A stretch of 64,000 bases of DNA. Source: Parcubacteria bacterium C7867-005 (GTDB taxonomy: Bacteria > Patescibacteriota > Minisyncoccia > Phycocordibacterales > Zambryskibacteraceae). Below the pieces are notes generated by a model, which worked only from the letters and a program-made list of their open reading frames with translations, had not been told where the DNA came from and did not search any database. This document shows positions 17,724-28,190 of the stretch, piece by piece; position 1 is the stretch's first letter; every line of letters begins with the position of its first letter. The stretch lies in contig LFCO01000003.1 of NCBI GenBank assembly GCA_001189165.1, positions 126,984 through 190,983 on the forward strand, in the 5' to 3' direction. The translations under genes were made by a program, and so were the position numbers.

Positions 17724-18668
17724 TTGTTTGTATTTTTGCCTGGTTTGGCTTTCGCTAGAACCCAAGGAATAAAGTTTGTCAGAACCCCGATTGTTATCGA
17801 TGAGAAGAATTCTCAAAACATGGCTTTACTTGAAGGGCATTTTAACCCCAGCTCTTTCAATATCGAATCCCCTCACCTCGCTATCGTGGATGGAAGTGCC
17901 CTTTCTTACGAAGGTGATCAAGGTGAAGCTTTTGCTGATGCTGGTAAATCAGGGGGTGGTCAAATTTCTGTGTATATAGTGAGGAAAGGAGACAGTCTGC
18001 CCATTATCGCCAAGATGTTTGGCGTATCTACTAACACCATTGTCTGGGCAAATGATCTAAGAGGTACAAAGATTGTGGAGGGTCAGGAGCTTGTTATTTT
18101 GCCTATTTCTGGGGTAAGGCATACCGTTAAAAAAGGTGATACTCTGAAATCCATCGCCTCCAAGTACAAGGCTGACATGGAAGACATTCTTGCCTTTAAC
18201 GACGTTACTTTAGACAGTAAACTCTCGATTGGTGACATTATCATCGTCCCTGACGGAGAGATAACGTATTCTTCGGGTTCATCTACTTCAGTAAGACCAT
18301 CTTCATCAAGCCTCCCTGCTTACTCTGGGTATTATATGAGACCTATCAGTGGTGGACGAAAATCTCAAGGTATTCACGGGCATAACGGAGTTGATCTTGT
18401 TGCCCCTCTTGGTTCACCAGTCTACGCGGCTGCCGATGGTAAGGTTATAGTCGCTCGAATAGGGGGATATAACGGAGGCTATGGTAGTTATGTGGTCGTC
18501 TCACACGGTAACGGTACACAGACTCTGTATGCTCACTTGAGCTCCGTGTCGGTCGCTGTTGGACAAAGTGTAGATCAAGGTCAGGTTATCGGAGGACTCG
18601 GAAACAGTGGTAAATCTACCGGCGCCCACCTCCACTTCGAAGTTCGCGGCGCGAAGAATCCGTTTTAA
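17724..18668 (+). CDS. LysM-domain peptidoglycan-binding M23-family metallopeptidase
   Basis: Two LysM repeats (YIVRKGDSLPIIAKMFGV; HTVKKGDTLKSIASKY) and the M23 catalytic region (HNGVDL...YAHLSS...GNSGKSTGAHLHFEV). Confidence 0.85.
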   Translation: MFVFLPGLAFARTQGIKFVRTPIVIDEKNSQNMALLEGHFNPSSFNIESPHLAIVDGSALSYEGDQGEAFADAGKSGGGQISVYIVRKGDSLPIIAKMFGVSTNTIVWANDLRGTKIVEGQELVILPISGVRHTVKKGDTLKSIASKYKADMEDILAFNDVTLDSKLSIGDIIIVPDGEITYSSGSSTSVRPSSSSLPAYSGYYMRPISGGRKSQGIHGHNGVDLVAPLGSPVYAAADGKVIVARIGGYNGGYGSYVVVSHGNGTQTLYAHLSSVSVAVGQSVDQGQVIGGLGNSGKSTGAHLHFEVRGAKNPF

Positions 18669-20203
18669 ACGTCGAATTTTTTGGGGCGGTACTCTACTGC
18701 TTCCAGAATATGATCTCGAGTAATTTCTTTGGAATTATCTAGGTCTGCTATGGTTCGAGCGACTTTTAACATACGGTGATAAACACGCGGAGAAAAACCG
18801 AGACGTTCGGCAGCGAGGTTTAATGCGGATCTGGGTTCATCCTCGAGTACAACAAAATTTACCAGATCCCTGGCACTCATTTCAGAATTTCTTGTAAGTC
18901 TTGTTTTACTTTCGATATTTTTTTGGTTAAAACGTGCCCGTTGAATATTGCGCGCATCTTCTACCTTATTTCTAAAAAACATACTCTTTGCTCCCTCTTC
19001 TATCCCGGAGAGTTGTCCAGGAGAAACGCGATCAACTTCAAGCCAAATATCTATACGATCGATTATTGGTCCACTCATCTTTCTTCTGTATCTAGATAAA
19101 GAAGTCGGAGTGCAAATACACGGCTTGCCTTTAAATCCATAATTACCGCATGGGCATGGATTCATCGCAGCGACGAGCATCACATCTGCGGGGAAATGTG
19201 CAGTGCCTTTGGCACGTGCGACAGAAATAACCTTGTCTTCAAGTGGTTGGCGCAAGCTTTCTATAACCCTTCTCTCAAACTCCGGGAACTCATCCATAAA
19301 AAGGACTCCTCGATGTGCGAGAGTTATCTCTCCTGGTTTGGGGGTAGTACCGCCACCGACAAGTGATACATAAGAAGATGTATGGTGGGGAGAACGAAAT
19401 GGTGGTTCGGTTATAAATCCAGAGAGTACTCCAGCCACAGAGTGAATACTCGTAGCCTCTAGCGCTTCCTCAAAAGATAATGGAGGCAGAATGCCGGTGA
19501 AAGCTTTGGCGAGCATGGTTTTCCCTGTGCCCGGTGGTCCATACATGGCTACGTTGTGCCCACCAGCTGCGGCTATAAGTAAACCGCGCTTGGCTCTTTC
19601 CTGTCCTCGGATATCAGAGAAATCAGTTTTGTTTTCTTTGGACTCCCGGGTAAGTTTTGTTTTCTCTGCTTTCGGAATTCTGTCTTCACCAGAAAGATGT
19701 TTTAAAATTTGTTTCAATGAATCGGCCCCGAAGACTTCTATCTCATCAATAATTGCTGCTTCCTCCACATTTTCTTTCGGTACATAAAATTCTTTATACC
19801 CGCGCTCTTTGGCAAATCGGGCGATTGGTAGAATACCCTTGATGGGTCTAATCTGTCCATCAAGTGATAGTTCTCCTAAGAATATTTTTCCCTCCGGATC
19901 AAAATCAATTTCTTCTGATGCAAGAAGATATGAGAGAGCTATAGCCACATCAAAAGAGGGACCTTCCTTTTTCTCTGATGCAGGCGCAAGAGAAATGACA
20001 ACTTTTTGGTTCTTTGTTTTTGGAGAACCCAGTCCTGAATTTTTTATTGCAGCGCTGACCCTGTCTCGAGCTTCTTCTACCGCCTTATCAGGAAGACCGA
20101 CAATAGCAAAAGCATATAAACCACGAGAGATGTCTGTCTCGACTGAAATTGTGCTAACAGTAAGAGCTTGAGTCTGGGCACTATAGACTTTGGAGAAGCT
20201 CAT
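18665..20203 (-). CDS. comM: YifB/ComM-family Mg-chelatase-like AAA+ ATPase
   Basis: N-terminal Lon-like domain, AAA+ Walker A (GPPGTGKTMLA), C-terminal Mg-chelatase domain; 512 aa. Confidence 0.9.
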   Translation of the reverse strand: MSFSKVYSAQTQALTVSTISVETDISRGLYAFAIVGLPDKAVEEARDRVSAAIKNSGLGSPKTKNQKVVISLAPASEKKEGPSFDVAIALSYLLASEEIDFDPEGKIFLGELSLDGQIRPIKGILPIARFAKERGYKEFYVPKENVEEAAIIDEIEVFGADSLKQILKHLSGEDRIPKAEKTKLTRESKENKTDFSDIRGQERAKRGLLIAAAGGHNVAMYGPPGTGKTMLAKAFTGILPPLSFEEALEATSIHSVAGVLSGFITEPPFRSPHHTSSYVSLVGGGTTPKPGEITLAHRGVLFMDEFPEFERRVIESLRQPLEDKVISVARAKGTAHFPADVMLVAAMNPCPCGNYGFKGKPCICTPTSLSRYRRKMSGPIIDRIDIWLEVDRVSPGQLSGIEEGAKSMFFRNKVEDARNIQRARFNQKNIESKTRLTRNSEMSARDLVNFVVLEDEPRSALNLAAERLGFSPRVYHRMLKVARTIADLDNSKEITRDHILEAVEYRPKKFDV

Positions 20204-20211
20204 AGCAACCC

Positions 20212-20571
20212 TTAATTCATGTGGTCTCTACACATCCTGGCCGCAGGATTCGCAGTTAGTCTTTCTTCATCTATTTCCACTCCACATTGCTCACATTTAC
20301 CAAATGTTCCGGCATCTATTTTTTCTAAAGCAGATTTTATATCTTTATATCTTGGTTCGAGTTTGTTCACTATGGCATTGTTGTCTACATAGTCTGAGAT
20401 GCTATCTGCGACTATGTTGTCGTCCGCTTGAGATACATCTCTTTCAGCGGGTGTCGCTTCCCAGTCAGAAAGATTATCTGGGTTGATTCTTGCTACCTGA
20501 GAGAGTTCAGACTCCAGACTCGCCATTTCTGCCTCAAGCTTCTTTTTTAAATCATCAATATTATTTGTCAT
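20212..20571 (-). CDS. DksA/TraR-family C4 zinc-finger protein
   Basis: C-terminal CxxC-(17)-CxxH-like motif (CEQCGVEIDEERLTANPAARMCRDH) preceded by coiled coil. Confidence 0.7.
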   Translation of the reverse strand: MTNNIDDLKKKLEAEMASLESELSQVARINPDNLSDWEATPAERDVSQADDNIVADSISDYVDNNAIVNKLEPRYKDIKSALEKIDAGTFGKCEQCGVEIDEERLTANPAARMCRDHMN

Positions 20572-20603
20572 TGGCTCTAGTGTATCAAGTTATGGTTTTT
20601 ATG

Positions 20604-21632
20604 CTAGCGAGAGAGCTTTTCGGCATTGAGGCGGTTTATAAGAGTCCTCAGTGATGCCTCATCGTCAGTAATGATGAGCAGATTATTATCAAAAAAAGCA
20701 TACAGAAGTACCGTTCTGCCCAAGAGATTCCTCAAAACCCGGGCATCCTTGTTTTGTATTGTTATGTCTTGAAACTTTGACTCAGATGGAAGGCTCGAGA
20801 CCGTTTCTATGGAAGCAAATAGAGGCAGAACATCGTCTAGGAGATTTTCTTCCCAAGAAAGCATACCTGGAAAGGCGTTTTCGAATGAATCCAGCTTGAC
20901 GAGCATGAATGTGCTAGGTCTCTCCCCTCCTAGTACGCCGAACATAAATGAATGGTTAAAGGCCCTGACCAAATTTTTTGGTGCCCTGCTGCGGAGCAAT
21001 ATCAGAAATCCTTCCGTTTCAAGTAATGGTGAATTTATCTCTCCCCCTTTGCGTAATTCGATTTGTTTTATGCCGGAGCTCCCCGTGTAACTTTTTTCCT
21101 CGACGATTCGATCTATGAATGATTCCCTGTTAAATTTTAGAACATCAATATCAATCAAACTGTTTGTTGCTAAAAATTTATTAGGCACGACTACTACTGC
21201 CGGTGTGGCCAGCTTGTCTTTATATTCTCTATATGCGAACCAAGAACCAGCTCCACCGAGCAGAAGCAAAAGTACTGTTCCTATGAACAACATTATTCCT
21301 GAATGATCTTTTTTCTCTCTGTCTATTCTTGGTGCAGAAGAATATTTGGCCAAGGGCACAGACGGTGCTGCGTACGTGTTCTCCAATGGGACGGGGGTAG
21401 TGAAAATTTCCTTAGGTGCTGGAGGCACGCTGACCATCTCCGCTTCTTTTTGTTTTTGTTCTAAGTTGCTTCTTTCTTCTCTTAAAACCTCTTTCCTCTG
21501 AATCGAAGATACGGATTCATTTTGTTTGCCAAGTGCCTCTGCTACGTCACCTTGATAAGTGCGTATTTGTTTTAGCGGAGAGCCTGGGCTCGTCTCCTCT
21601 GGGGACAGAGAGTATTCTTTCAAAGGATCCAT
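20604..21632 (-). CDS. Hypothetical single-pass membrane protein
   Basis: Pro-rich N-terminus and one TM helix (IMLFIGTVLLLLLGGAGSWFAY); no recognisable catalytic motif. Confidence 0.45.
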   Translation of the reverse strand: MDPLKEYSLSPEETSPGSPLKQIRTYQGDVAEALGKQNESVSSIQRKEVLREERSNLEQKQKEAEMVSVPPAPKEIFTTPVPLENTYAAPSVPLAKYSSAPRIDREKKDHSGIMLFIGTVLLLLLGGAGSWFAYREYKDKLATPAVVVVPNKFLATNSLIDIDVLKFNRESFIDRIVEEKSYTGSSGIKQIELRKGGEINSPLLETEGFLILLRSRAPKNLVRAFNHSFMFGVLGGERPSTFMLVKLDSFENAFPGMLSWEENLLDDVLPLFASIETVSSLPSESKFQDITIQNKDARVLRNLLGRTVLLYAFFDNNLLIITDDEASLRTLINRLNAEKLSR

Positions 21633-21646
21633 CTCTTTATTCTAAC

Positions 21647-22189
21647 TTATCTTTGACTTCTTTCGCGCGGTTTCATCTCATTTGAACCGAGAAGGTATTT
21701 TTTTGGATTATGGTCTAAGTCTATGAAGTCATCTGCTGCTTCAATCAGTCGTGCAGATGATGATTTGCCGAAAGATACAACCTCTACCTGGCATCCATGA
21801 GTGTTTTGTAAATACTCTATGAGTGAGACAAAGTCACCATCACCTGAACAGATTATTATTGTGTCGAGTTTTGGAGCCATTTTCACAGCATCCATCGCCA
21901 AATCAACATCCGCATCCGCTTTCTTGGCGCCGCCGACGAATATTTGTAATGGTTTTGTTCTGGTCTCTATGCCCGCCTTCGATAGAGCTTCAAAAAAGGC
22001 CTTCTCTTCTCCACCTTCTGTGGTGGCTACATAAGCCATGGCTCGGATTAAGATTCGACCACCGACTACTTCTTTTAGAATATTACCGAAGTTTGCCTTC
22101 GCGTGGTAAAGATTCTTCGCACTATGATAAAGATTTTGCGTGTCTATGAATACGCCGACACGTTGGGCTTTGTGTTTTATTACTGACAT
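21647..22189 (-). CDS. NYN-domain (LabA-like, PIN-fold) protein
   Basis: VGVFIDTQNLYHSAK...IIICSGDGDFVSLIEYLQ pattern typical of NYN/LabA nucleases. Confidence 0.7.
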   Translation of the reverse strand: MSVIKHKAQRVGVFIDTQNLYHSAKNLYHAKANFGNILKEVVGGRILIRAMAYVATTEGGEEKAFFEALSKAGIETRTKPLQIFVGGAKKADADVDLAMDAVKMAPKLDTIIICSGDGDFVSLIEYLQNTHGCQVEVVSFGKSSSARLIEAADDFIDLDHNPKKYLLGSNEMKPRERSQR

Positions 22190-22255
22190 GAAAAAATGAC
22201 TAACAATTATTAAAAACCTTAAACTAAAGGAACGACCCTCTCCTTATATACTATC

Positions 22256-22522
22256 TTACTTTTTCAAACCGAGTTTTTTCTGGAGAGCCAAAGCCTGCTT
22301 TGGAGATTTCTTTTCTAGGTACTTCATATGAGCTTGGCGGTCTGCAACCATGGCCAATAGTCCTCTGCGTGAGTGGTTGTCCTTGGCATGTTTCTTGAGA
22401 TGGAGTGCAAGTTCCTCTATACGCTTAGTCAAAACAGAGATTTGTACTGGCGCAGAACCAGTATCCTCGGCATGGATCTGGGCTTCTTTGATAGTCTTCT
22501 GTTTTTTGGTCTTTGAAATCAT
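22256..22522 (-). CDS. rpsO: 30S ribosomal protein S15
   Basis: 88 aa; GSAPVQISVLTKRIEELALHLKKHAKDNHSRRGLL is canonical S15. Confidence 0.95.
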   Translation of the reverse strand: MISKTKKQKTIKEAQIHAEDTGSAPVQISVLTKRIEELALHLKKHAKDNHSRRGLLAMVADRQAHMKYLEKKSPKQALALQKKLGLKK

Positions 22523-22599
22523 CCTTGTATAATAGCATATAACGCTCTTTTAAGCAAGCTCCCTCTCTAACACTCCCCGCCTCATGAAATGGTACAATA

Positions 22600-23541
22600 T
22601 TGTGCGACATGACAAGTGCAAACGAGCTACAAAGGCTAAAAAGAGAGTTTCTGGAACATACAGAGATAGCCAAAGGTAGAGCAGTGAAAACCATAGAGAA
22701 TTATGATCATTACCTCACTCGCTTTTTGGATTTTGCCAAGGTAAGCAAGGCATCCGAGATTAATGATAGTAAAGTAAGAGATTTTAGGCTTTGGCTAAAC
22801 CGTCAATCAACCGGGAATAATCGGGCCACAGGCAGCACTCTTTCGAAAAAAACTCAGAACTACTACATGATTGCCCTGAGGGCCTTCCTCAAGTTTCTAG
22901 CCAAAAAAGAGATAAAATCGATGGCTCCAGAGCAAATAGAGCTTGCTAAGGTGCCAGAACACTCATTAGATCTCATTTCTACCCAGGAACTCTCCCGCCT
23001 TCTAAAGACCCCAGATGGAGAGGACTTGAAGGATTTGAGGGACAAAGCCATATTGGAACTCTTATTTTCAACCGGACTACGTGTCTCAGAGCTCTGTTCT
23101 TTGACCACAGATATCGATTTTGCCTCTGGCGAGTTTTCTATAAGGGGCAAGGGGGGTAAGGTGAGGGTTGTTTTCGTATCTGATGAGGCCAAAATAGCTA
23201 TCAAAAAGTATCTTTCTAAGCGTAAAGACATGACTGATGCCCTATTCATCCAGATCGGTAAAAAGGGCGATAAGGGCAATAAAGATGTAAGGGCCCTCAC
23301 CCGTCGCTCTATAGAGAGGATAGTCAAAGAACTCGCGGTCAAGGCGGGTATTTCCAAGAAAGTGACCCCACACGTCATACGTCACTCGTTTGCCACAGAC
23401 TTACTCTCAAACGGTGCTGACCTACGCTCGGTTCAGATGCTCCTTGGTCATGCGAACATCTCTACCACCCAGATCTATACTCATGTGACGGACAAGGCTC
23501 TACGAGACACACACCTAAAGTTCCATTCAAAAAGGCAATAG
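22600..23541 (+). CDS. Tyrosine site-specific recombinase XerC/XerD family
   Basis: C-terminal catalytic region with HVIRHSFATDLLSNGADLRSVQMLLGHANISTTQIYTHV (R-H-R-Y box). Confidence 0.85.
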   Translation: MCDMTSANELQRLKREFLEHTEIAKGRAVKTIENYDHYLTRFLDFAKVSKASEINDSKVRDFRLWLNRQSTGNNRATGSTLSKKTQNYYMIALRAFLKFLAKKEIKSMAPEQIELAKVPEHSLDLISTQELSRLLKTPDGEDLKDLRDKAILELLFSTGLRVSELCSLTTDIDFASGEFSIRGKGGKVRVVFVSDEAKIAIKKYLSKRKDMTDALFIQIGKKGDKGNKDVRALTRRSIERIVKELAVKAGISKKVTPHVIRHSFATDLLSNGADLRSVQMLLGHANISTTQIYTHVTDKALRDTHLKFHSKRQ

Positions 23542-23664
23542 ACCAGAGATAAGGGTATTTGACAAATTGAGCTAGATATGTATATAATAGACAGGTAATA
23601 GTTTCAGTTTATGGAAGTTCGCCTCACGGCGGACTTCTTTCGTAAAAATTTAATCAATATCAAT

Positions 23665-24837
23665 ATGTTTGATCTAAAAGTTATAAATTCAGTACTCAGT
23701 GAACTCGAAGAAGTTCGTGGTATTCCAAAAGAAAAAATAGTGGAAGCAATAGAAGCTGCCTTGGCTACTGCATACAAGAAAGAGTACGGGAAGAAAGGCC
23801 AGATCATCCGAACTACCTTCGATCTAAAATCAGGAGAGACTAGTTTCTTCCAGGTGAAGATTGTTGTCGATGGTTCGAGAGTTATTTTCCCTGAAGAAGC
23901 AGAACGACTCGAAGATCTCGCTAACGAAAATCCAGAACAAGCCGAAGGTGTCGCAGATGAGAGAGTTATCTATAACCCAGAACATCATATCCTCCTCGAC
24001 GATGCGAAGAAAATAAAAAGAGACGCAGTACTCGACGAAGAGATTGTCTTCCCTATCGAATCCAAAGGTGATTACGGACGCATCGCTGCACAAACAGCCA
24101 AGCAGGTTATCATGCAGAAAATTCGTGAAGCAGAAAAAATTTCTGTAGTTTCTGAATTCGGCAAACGTGAAGGAGATATCGTGAGTGGTACAGTACAACG
24201 TATTGAACGCGGAAATATTTTCGTAGACATGGGCCGTGCCACAGGATTACTACCATACGAAGAACAAATTCCTGGTGAGAGATTCAACCAAGGCGAAAGA
24301 GTTCGTGCATATCTATACAGAGTAGAAGAAAGCCCTCGGGGCGTGTTCTTGAGGCTTTCACGATCTCACCCAAAATTCCTAGAAAAACTTTTTGAGGCAG
24401 AAGCACCAGAGTTGCAGAATGGTACAGTGGTGATCAAAGCTATTGCTCGCGAAGCAGGATATAGATCAAAGATAGCTGGTCAAGCGATTGATTCACACAT
24501 AGATCCAGTTGGTGCGCTCGTTGGTCAACGTGGTGTCCGTGTGTCTACTGTTATGTCTGAACTCCGCGGTGAAAAAATAGATGTGATTGAATGGCACGAA
24601 GATCCAAAGAAGTTTATTGAAGAAGCTTTGTCACCTGCAAAAATCTTGAAGATCGAAATAAACGAAACAGATAAAACTGCAGCCGTCCATGTTTCTGAAG
24701 ACCAGCAGTCGTTGGCTATTGGTAAGGGTGGACAAAATGTACGTCTCGCAGCAAAACTTACTGGTTGGAAAATAGACATCCAGTCAGCAAAGGGTGAAGA
24801 ACTTGCTTCAGCAGAAGCACCAAAAGAAATAGCTTAA
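23665..24837 (+). CDS. nusA: Transcription termination/antitermination factor NusA
   Basis: NusA N-domain, S1 and KH-like regions (VSGTVQRIERGNIFVDMG; GQRGVRV...); start chosen at internal Met MFDLKVINSVL. Confidence 0.9.
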   Translation: MFDLKVINSVLSELEEVRGIPKEKIVEAIEAALATAYKKEYGKKGQIIRTTFDLKSGETSFFQVKIVVDGSRVIFPEEAERLEDLANENPEQAEGVADERVIYNPEHHILLDDAKKIKRDAVLDEEIVFPIESKGDYGRIAAQTAKQVIMQKIREAEKISVVSEFGKREGDIVSGTVQRIERGNIFVDMGRATGLLPYEEQIPGERFNQGERVRAYLYRVEESPRGVFLRLSRSHPKFLEKLFEAEAPELQNGTVVIKAIAREAGYRSKIAGQAIDSHIDPVGALVGQRGVRVSTVMSELRGEKIDVIEWHEDPKKFIEEALSPAKILKIEINETDKTAAVHVSEDQQSLAIGKGGQNVRLAAKLTGWKIDIQSAKGEELASAEAPKEIA

Positions 24838-24859
24838 TAAAATAAGTTAAAATAAAATC

Positions 24860-25393
24860 ATGAATCTTTGGCACGATATTGACCCAGGAAATAAGGATGC
24901 GATGAACGTTATCATAGAGATAAATAAAGGTTCGAAGAATAAATATGAGATAGATAAAAAAACCGGATTAATCGCACTTGACCGAGTGATGCATACCGGC
25001 CAGGATTATCCGTTTGATTATGGTTTCGTTCCCCAATCTCTATGGCACGATGGAGACCCTTTGGATGTTGTGGTGCTCACCACTTACCCACTCGTTCCCG
25101 GGGTGTTGGTTTCTGTTCGCCCTGTGGCAGTGATCCACATGGTAGACAACGGAGAAGCGGATGAAAAAATAATAGCTGCACCGATAGAAGACCCAAGATT
25201 TGATCACGTCAAAGATTTAGAAGATGTAAACAAGCATACGATCAAAGAGATAGAACATTTTTTTCTGACCTATAAGAACTTACAGAAAAAGGAAGTAAAG
25301 ATAAACGGCATAGAGGGTCAGGGTGTTGCTTCAGATGCCTTTGAAGAATCTCTCAAGATCTATAAGGACAAATATAAAGTGAAACGGGCCTAA
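24860..25393 (+). CDS. ppa: Inorganic pyrophosphatase
   Basis: Family I PPase motifs (KYEIDKKTG, DYPFDYGFVPQS, DGDPLDVVVL). Confidence 0.95.
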   Translation: MNLWHDIDPGNKDAMNVIIEINKGSKNKYEIDKKTGLIALDRVMHTGQDYPFDYGFVPQSLWHDGDPLDVVVLTTYPLVPGVLVSVRPVAVIHMVDNGEADEKIIAAPIEDPRFDHVKDLEDVNKHTIKEIEHFFLTYKNLQKKEVKINGIEGQGVASDAFEESLKIYKDKYKVKRA

Positions 25394-25404
25394 AATAAGA
25401 CAAA

Positions 25405-25434
25405 AACCAGAGGGGGTAACCCCTCTGGTTTTTT
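25405..25434 (+). terminator. Rho-independent terminator after ppa
   Basis: ccagaggggg-taa-cccctctgg stem-loop followed by a T-run. Confidence 0.6.
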
Positions 25435-25510
25435 GATATAATGATTACCTGGTCAATGCACAGACCAGAATGAAATTCAGATTAATCGATAAAATATTAA
25501 GTAAATTCTT

Positions 25511-26230
25511 ATGAAACGAAAACTTACAATCCTCACCCTTCTTCTGGCCGTAGCTCTATCCCCCGTCTTTGTTTATGGAGTGAAAGCAGAATCAGGTAGT
25601 AATGGATATGTTTCTAGCTCAACAAAATACAAAGTTGAGATGAAACAAAAACTAGATGACAAGAAAAATGAGCTCAAGGATGCCAGAGAGACATACAAGG
25701 ATGACATGAAACAAAAGAAAGAAGAATTTAAATCCGAGGTAAAAGAAAAGAAAGAAGAGTTTCGCTCAGAGAAACAAGAGAAACGAGGTGAGATCAAATC
25801 AGAGATAGCCAAGAAGAGAATAGATATCTTGACTAGGGTTCTCACCGCCACAGTTGAAAGACTTGAAAAGATTGTTCTAAGAATAGAATCAAGAATAGAA
25901 AAAATAAAATCAGCCGGCGATTCTACAACAGAAGCAGAGGCTTCGATAAAATTGGCTAAAGGAAACTTGGCGGATGCCAAGGTACACATAAGCACTCTTA
26001 GCTCCATCGATTCTTCTTGGTCAAGCACCACAGCAAGTACAACAGCCCGCACTACGATCGAGAAGATAAAGACAGAAGCCAAGGCAGCCAAGGATGATCT
26101 ACACAGTGCCCGTACTAACCTTTCAAAAGCTATAGGCTTTATCAAAGGATTAGGAGAAGGTCGTAAGGGAGACGATGATAGAGGAGGAAGACCAGGTACT
26201 ACTACCGCGACGACAACCTCTTCAAACTAA
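25511..26230 (+). CDS. Secreted coiled-coil repeat protein (Lys/Glu-rich), function unknown
   Basis: Signal peptide; imperfect repeats KQKKEEFKSEVKEKKEEFRSEKQEKRGEIKSE; Thr-rich C-terminus. Confidence 0.5.
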   Translation: MKRKLTILTLLLAVALSPVFVYGVKAESGSNGYVSSSTKYKVEMKQKLDDKKNELKDARETYKDDMKQKKEEFKSEVKEKKEEFRSEKQEKRGEIKSEIAKKRIDILTRVLTATVERLEKIVLRIESRIEKIKSAGDSTTEAEASIKLAKGNLADAKVHISTLSSIDSSWSSTTASTTARTTIEKIKTEAKAAKDDLHSARTNLSKAIGFIKGLGEGRKGDDDRGGRPGTTTATTTSSN

Positions 26231-26266
26231 GTTAGAATTAATTAATAATCATTAATCAAACATTGT

Positions 26267-26545
26267 ATGGAAGGAGACCAAAACACAAATACGGGTTCAA
26301 GGGAGGAGGGTTCTGTCGGTGGTGTCATTGCAACCATCATAATCCTCGCGATCATAGTCTTGGGAGGATTATACTTCTGGAGCAAAAGAGCCGTCGATAA
26401 TGATGGTGCACAAAACGTTCCAGCATTAAATGAAAACTCTATTGAATCAATAGAGACACAATCAACCTCTGACGATACTTCTTCTATAGAGGCAGATCTA
26501 AATCAAACAGATACAAACATAGACACAGAGATCAACGCATCATAA
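26267..26545 (+). CDS. Small single-TM protein with acidic Ser/Thr/Asp-rich tail
   Basis: 92 aa; TM VIATIIILAIIVLGGLYFW; followed by a strong terminator. Confidence 0.4.
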   Translation: MEGDQNTNTGSREEGSVGGVIATIIILAIIVLGGLYFWSKRAVDNDGAQNVPALNENSIESIETQSTSDDTSSIEADLNQTDTNIDTEINAS

Positions 26546-26569
26546 ATAGGATAAAATTGTTTGTTTCAA

Positions 26570-26607
26570 ATCCCCGACACCAAAAGTGTCGGGGATTTGC
26601 TTTTATG
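26570..26607 (+). terminator. Rho-independent terminator
   Basis: ccccgacac-caaaa-gtgtcgggg hairpin followed by atttgcttttatg. Confidence 0.6.
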
Positions 26608-26631
26608 TTCTCTTTTCTTTAAACTCTCCCC

Positions 26632-27591
26632 ATGTCTAAACATTTTGATGATATAAAATCCAAATCGCTACCAAACTCGATGGTAGAGATTAATGGCAGA
26701 ATCTCCAAAGAATTTATAGCCGAATGTCGTAAAGAGGCCATAAAAGAGCTTAACAGTAGAGTTGATTTTCCTGGTTTTAGAAAGGGTCATATACCAGAAG
26801 ATATCTTGGTTAAGAGATTGGGTGAGATGGCGATCCTCGAAGAGGCAGCAGAGATCGCTTTGGGTAGAGAGTATAGATCGATCATCACTGAGGCCAAAAT
26901 TGTCTCTATAGGTGAGCCAGTTATCGCTGTCACCAAACTTGCTCTGGGGATAGGTCTTGAGTTCAAAATTACTACTGCGGTTGAACCAGAATTCAAACTT
27001 CCTAATTATAAAAAGATAGCCAAAGAGTTTTTGGGTAAAGAAGAAAAGATCTCTATTACTGACAAAGAAGTTGAAGAGGTGTTGGCAGAGATAACCAAAA
27101 GAGAGATAAAACCAGATTTGAAAGAAGGGGAAAATATAAACGATAAGATAAAAACAAATTTAATAAAAGAAAAAGAACTTAGGGCTAAAGAAAAAACTAG
27201 ACTCTCAATCATCGACTCCTTGATCAAAGAGACAGAGATCGCTGTGCCAGAGATATTTATCCGAAATGAACTAGAGAAGATGATCGGTCAATTCAAGGAC
27301 GACGTATCTAGGGCTGGTCTCAAGTGGGAGGACTATCTTATTTCTATCAAAAAATTGGAAGACGAGGTGCGCAAGGAATGGCAACCAAAGGCGATTGATC
27401 GAGCCAAAGCAGAATTGATTGTGGCTAAAATAGCCGTGGAAGAAAAGATTGAACCAACAAATGAAGAGTTAGAGCATGAAACTACTCACCTACTCGCCCA
27501 CTACCCTGAGGCGGATCCACTACGAGCTCGTATGTATATCTATTCACAGATGAGAAATGAAAAAGTTTTCGAGTTTCTTGAAACTATTTAG
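26632..27591 (+). CDS. tig: Trigger factor (short form, apparently lacking a typical PPIase domain)
   Basis: N-terminal ribosome-binding signature FPGFRKGHIP; tig-clpP synteny; only 319 aa. Confidence 0.8.
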   Translation: MSKHFDDIKSKSLPNSMVEINGRISKEFIAECRKEAIKELNSRVDFPGFRKGHIPEDILVKRLGEMAILEEAAEIALGREYRSIITEAKIVSIGEPVIAVTKLALGIGLEFKITTAVEPEFKLPNYKKIAKEFLGKEEKISITDKEVEEVLAEITKREIKPDLKEGENINDKIKTNLIKEKELRAKEKTRLSIIDSLIKETEIAVPEIFIRNELEKMIGQFKDDVSRAGLKWEDYLISIKKLEDEVRKEWQPKAIDRAKAELIVAKIAVEEKIEPTNEELEHETTHLLAHYPEADPLRARMYIYSQMRNEKVFEFLETI

Positions 27592-27614
27592 GTTCTAGTA
27601 TAGTGTAGGAGTCT

Positions 27615-28190
27615 ATGAGTTATCTTATACCAACAGTTATAGAGAAGAGCCAGTTTGGTGAGAGGGCGTATGACATCTACTCTCGCCTATTAAAGGAACG
27701 AATTATTTTCCTTAGCGGTCCTATTCATGATGACGTGGCCAATATTGTCATTGCTCAGCTCCTATTCCTTGCTTCAGAAGACCCAAAGAAAGATATTTCC
27801 CTCTATATCAATTCTCCGGGTGGATCTGTCACAGATGGCTTGGCGATTGTGGATGCGATGAACCATATAAGCCCCTCTGTCTCAACAGTTTGTATAGGGA
27901 TGGCTGCTTCGATGGGCGCTGTCATACTTTCTGCTGGTGAAAAAGGAAAGCGATTTGCCCTTCCAAATGCAGAGGTGATGATCCATCAGCCTCACGGGGG
28001 CGCAGAAGGTCAAGCTTCTGATATAGAGATTAGCGCAAAAAGAATTATCAAAAATAGAGAAGTTTTGAATAAAATGCTTGCCAAGAACACTGGCCAGCCA
28101 CTTTCCAGGATTGAAAAGGATGCGGACAGGGATTTTTTCATGGATTCTGAAGAGGCTAAAAAATACGGAATAATAGACAAAATTATCTAA
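27615..28190 (+). CDS. clpP: ATP-dependent Clp protease proteolytic subunit
   Basis: Catalytic triad context ([11 protein letters not shown]; MIHQPHGG) and the RDFFM motif. Confidence 0.95.
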   Translation: MSYLIPTVIEKSQFGERAYDIYSRLLKERIIFLSGPIHDDVANIVIAQLLFLASEDPKKDISLYINSPGGSVTDGLAIVDAMNHISPSVSTVCIGMAASMGAVILSAGEKGKRFALPNAEVMIHQPHGGAEGQASDIEISAKRIIKNREVLNKMLAKNTGQPLSRIEKDADRDFFMDSEEAKKYGIIDKII

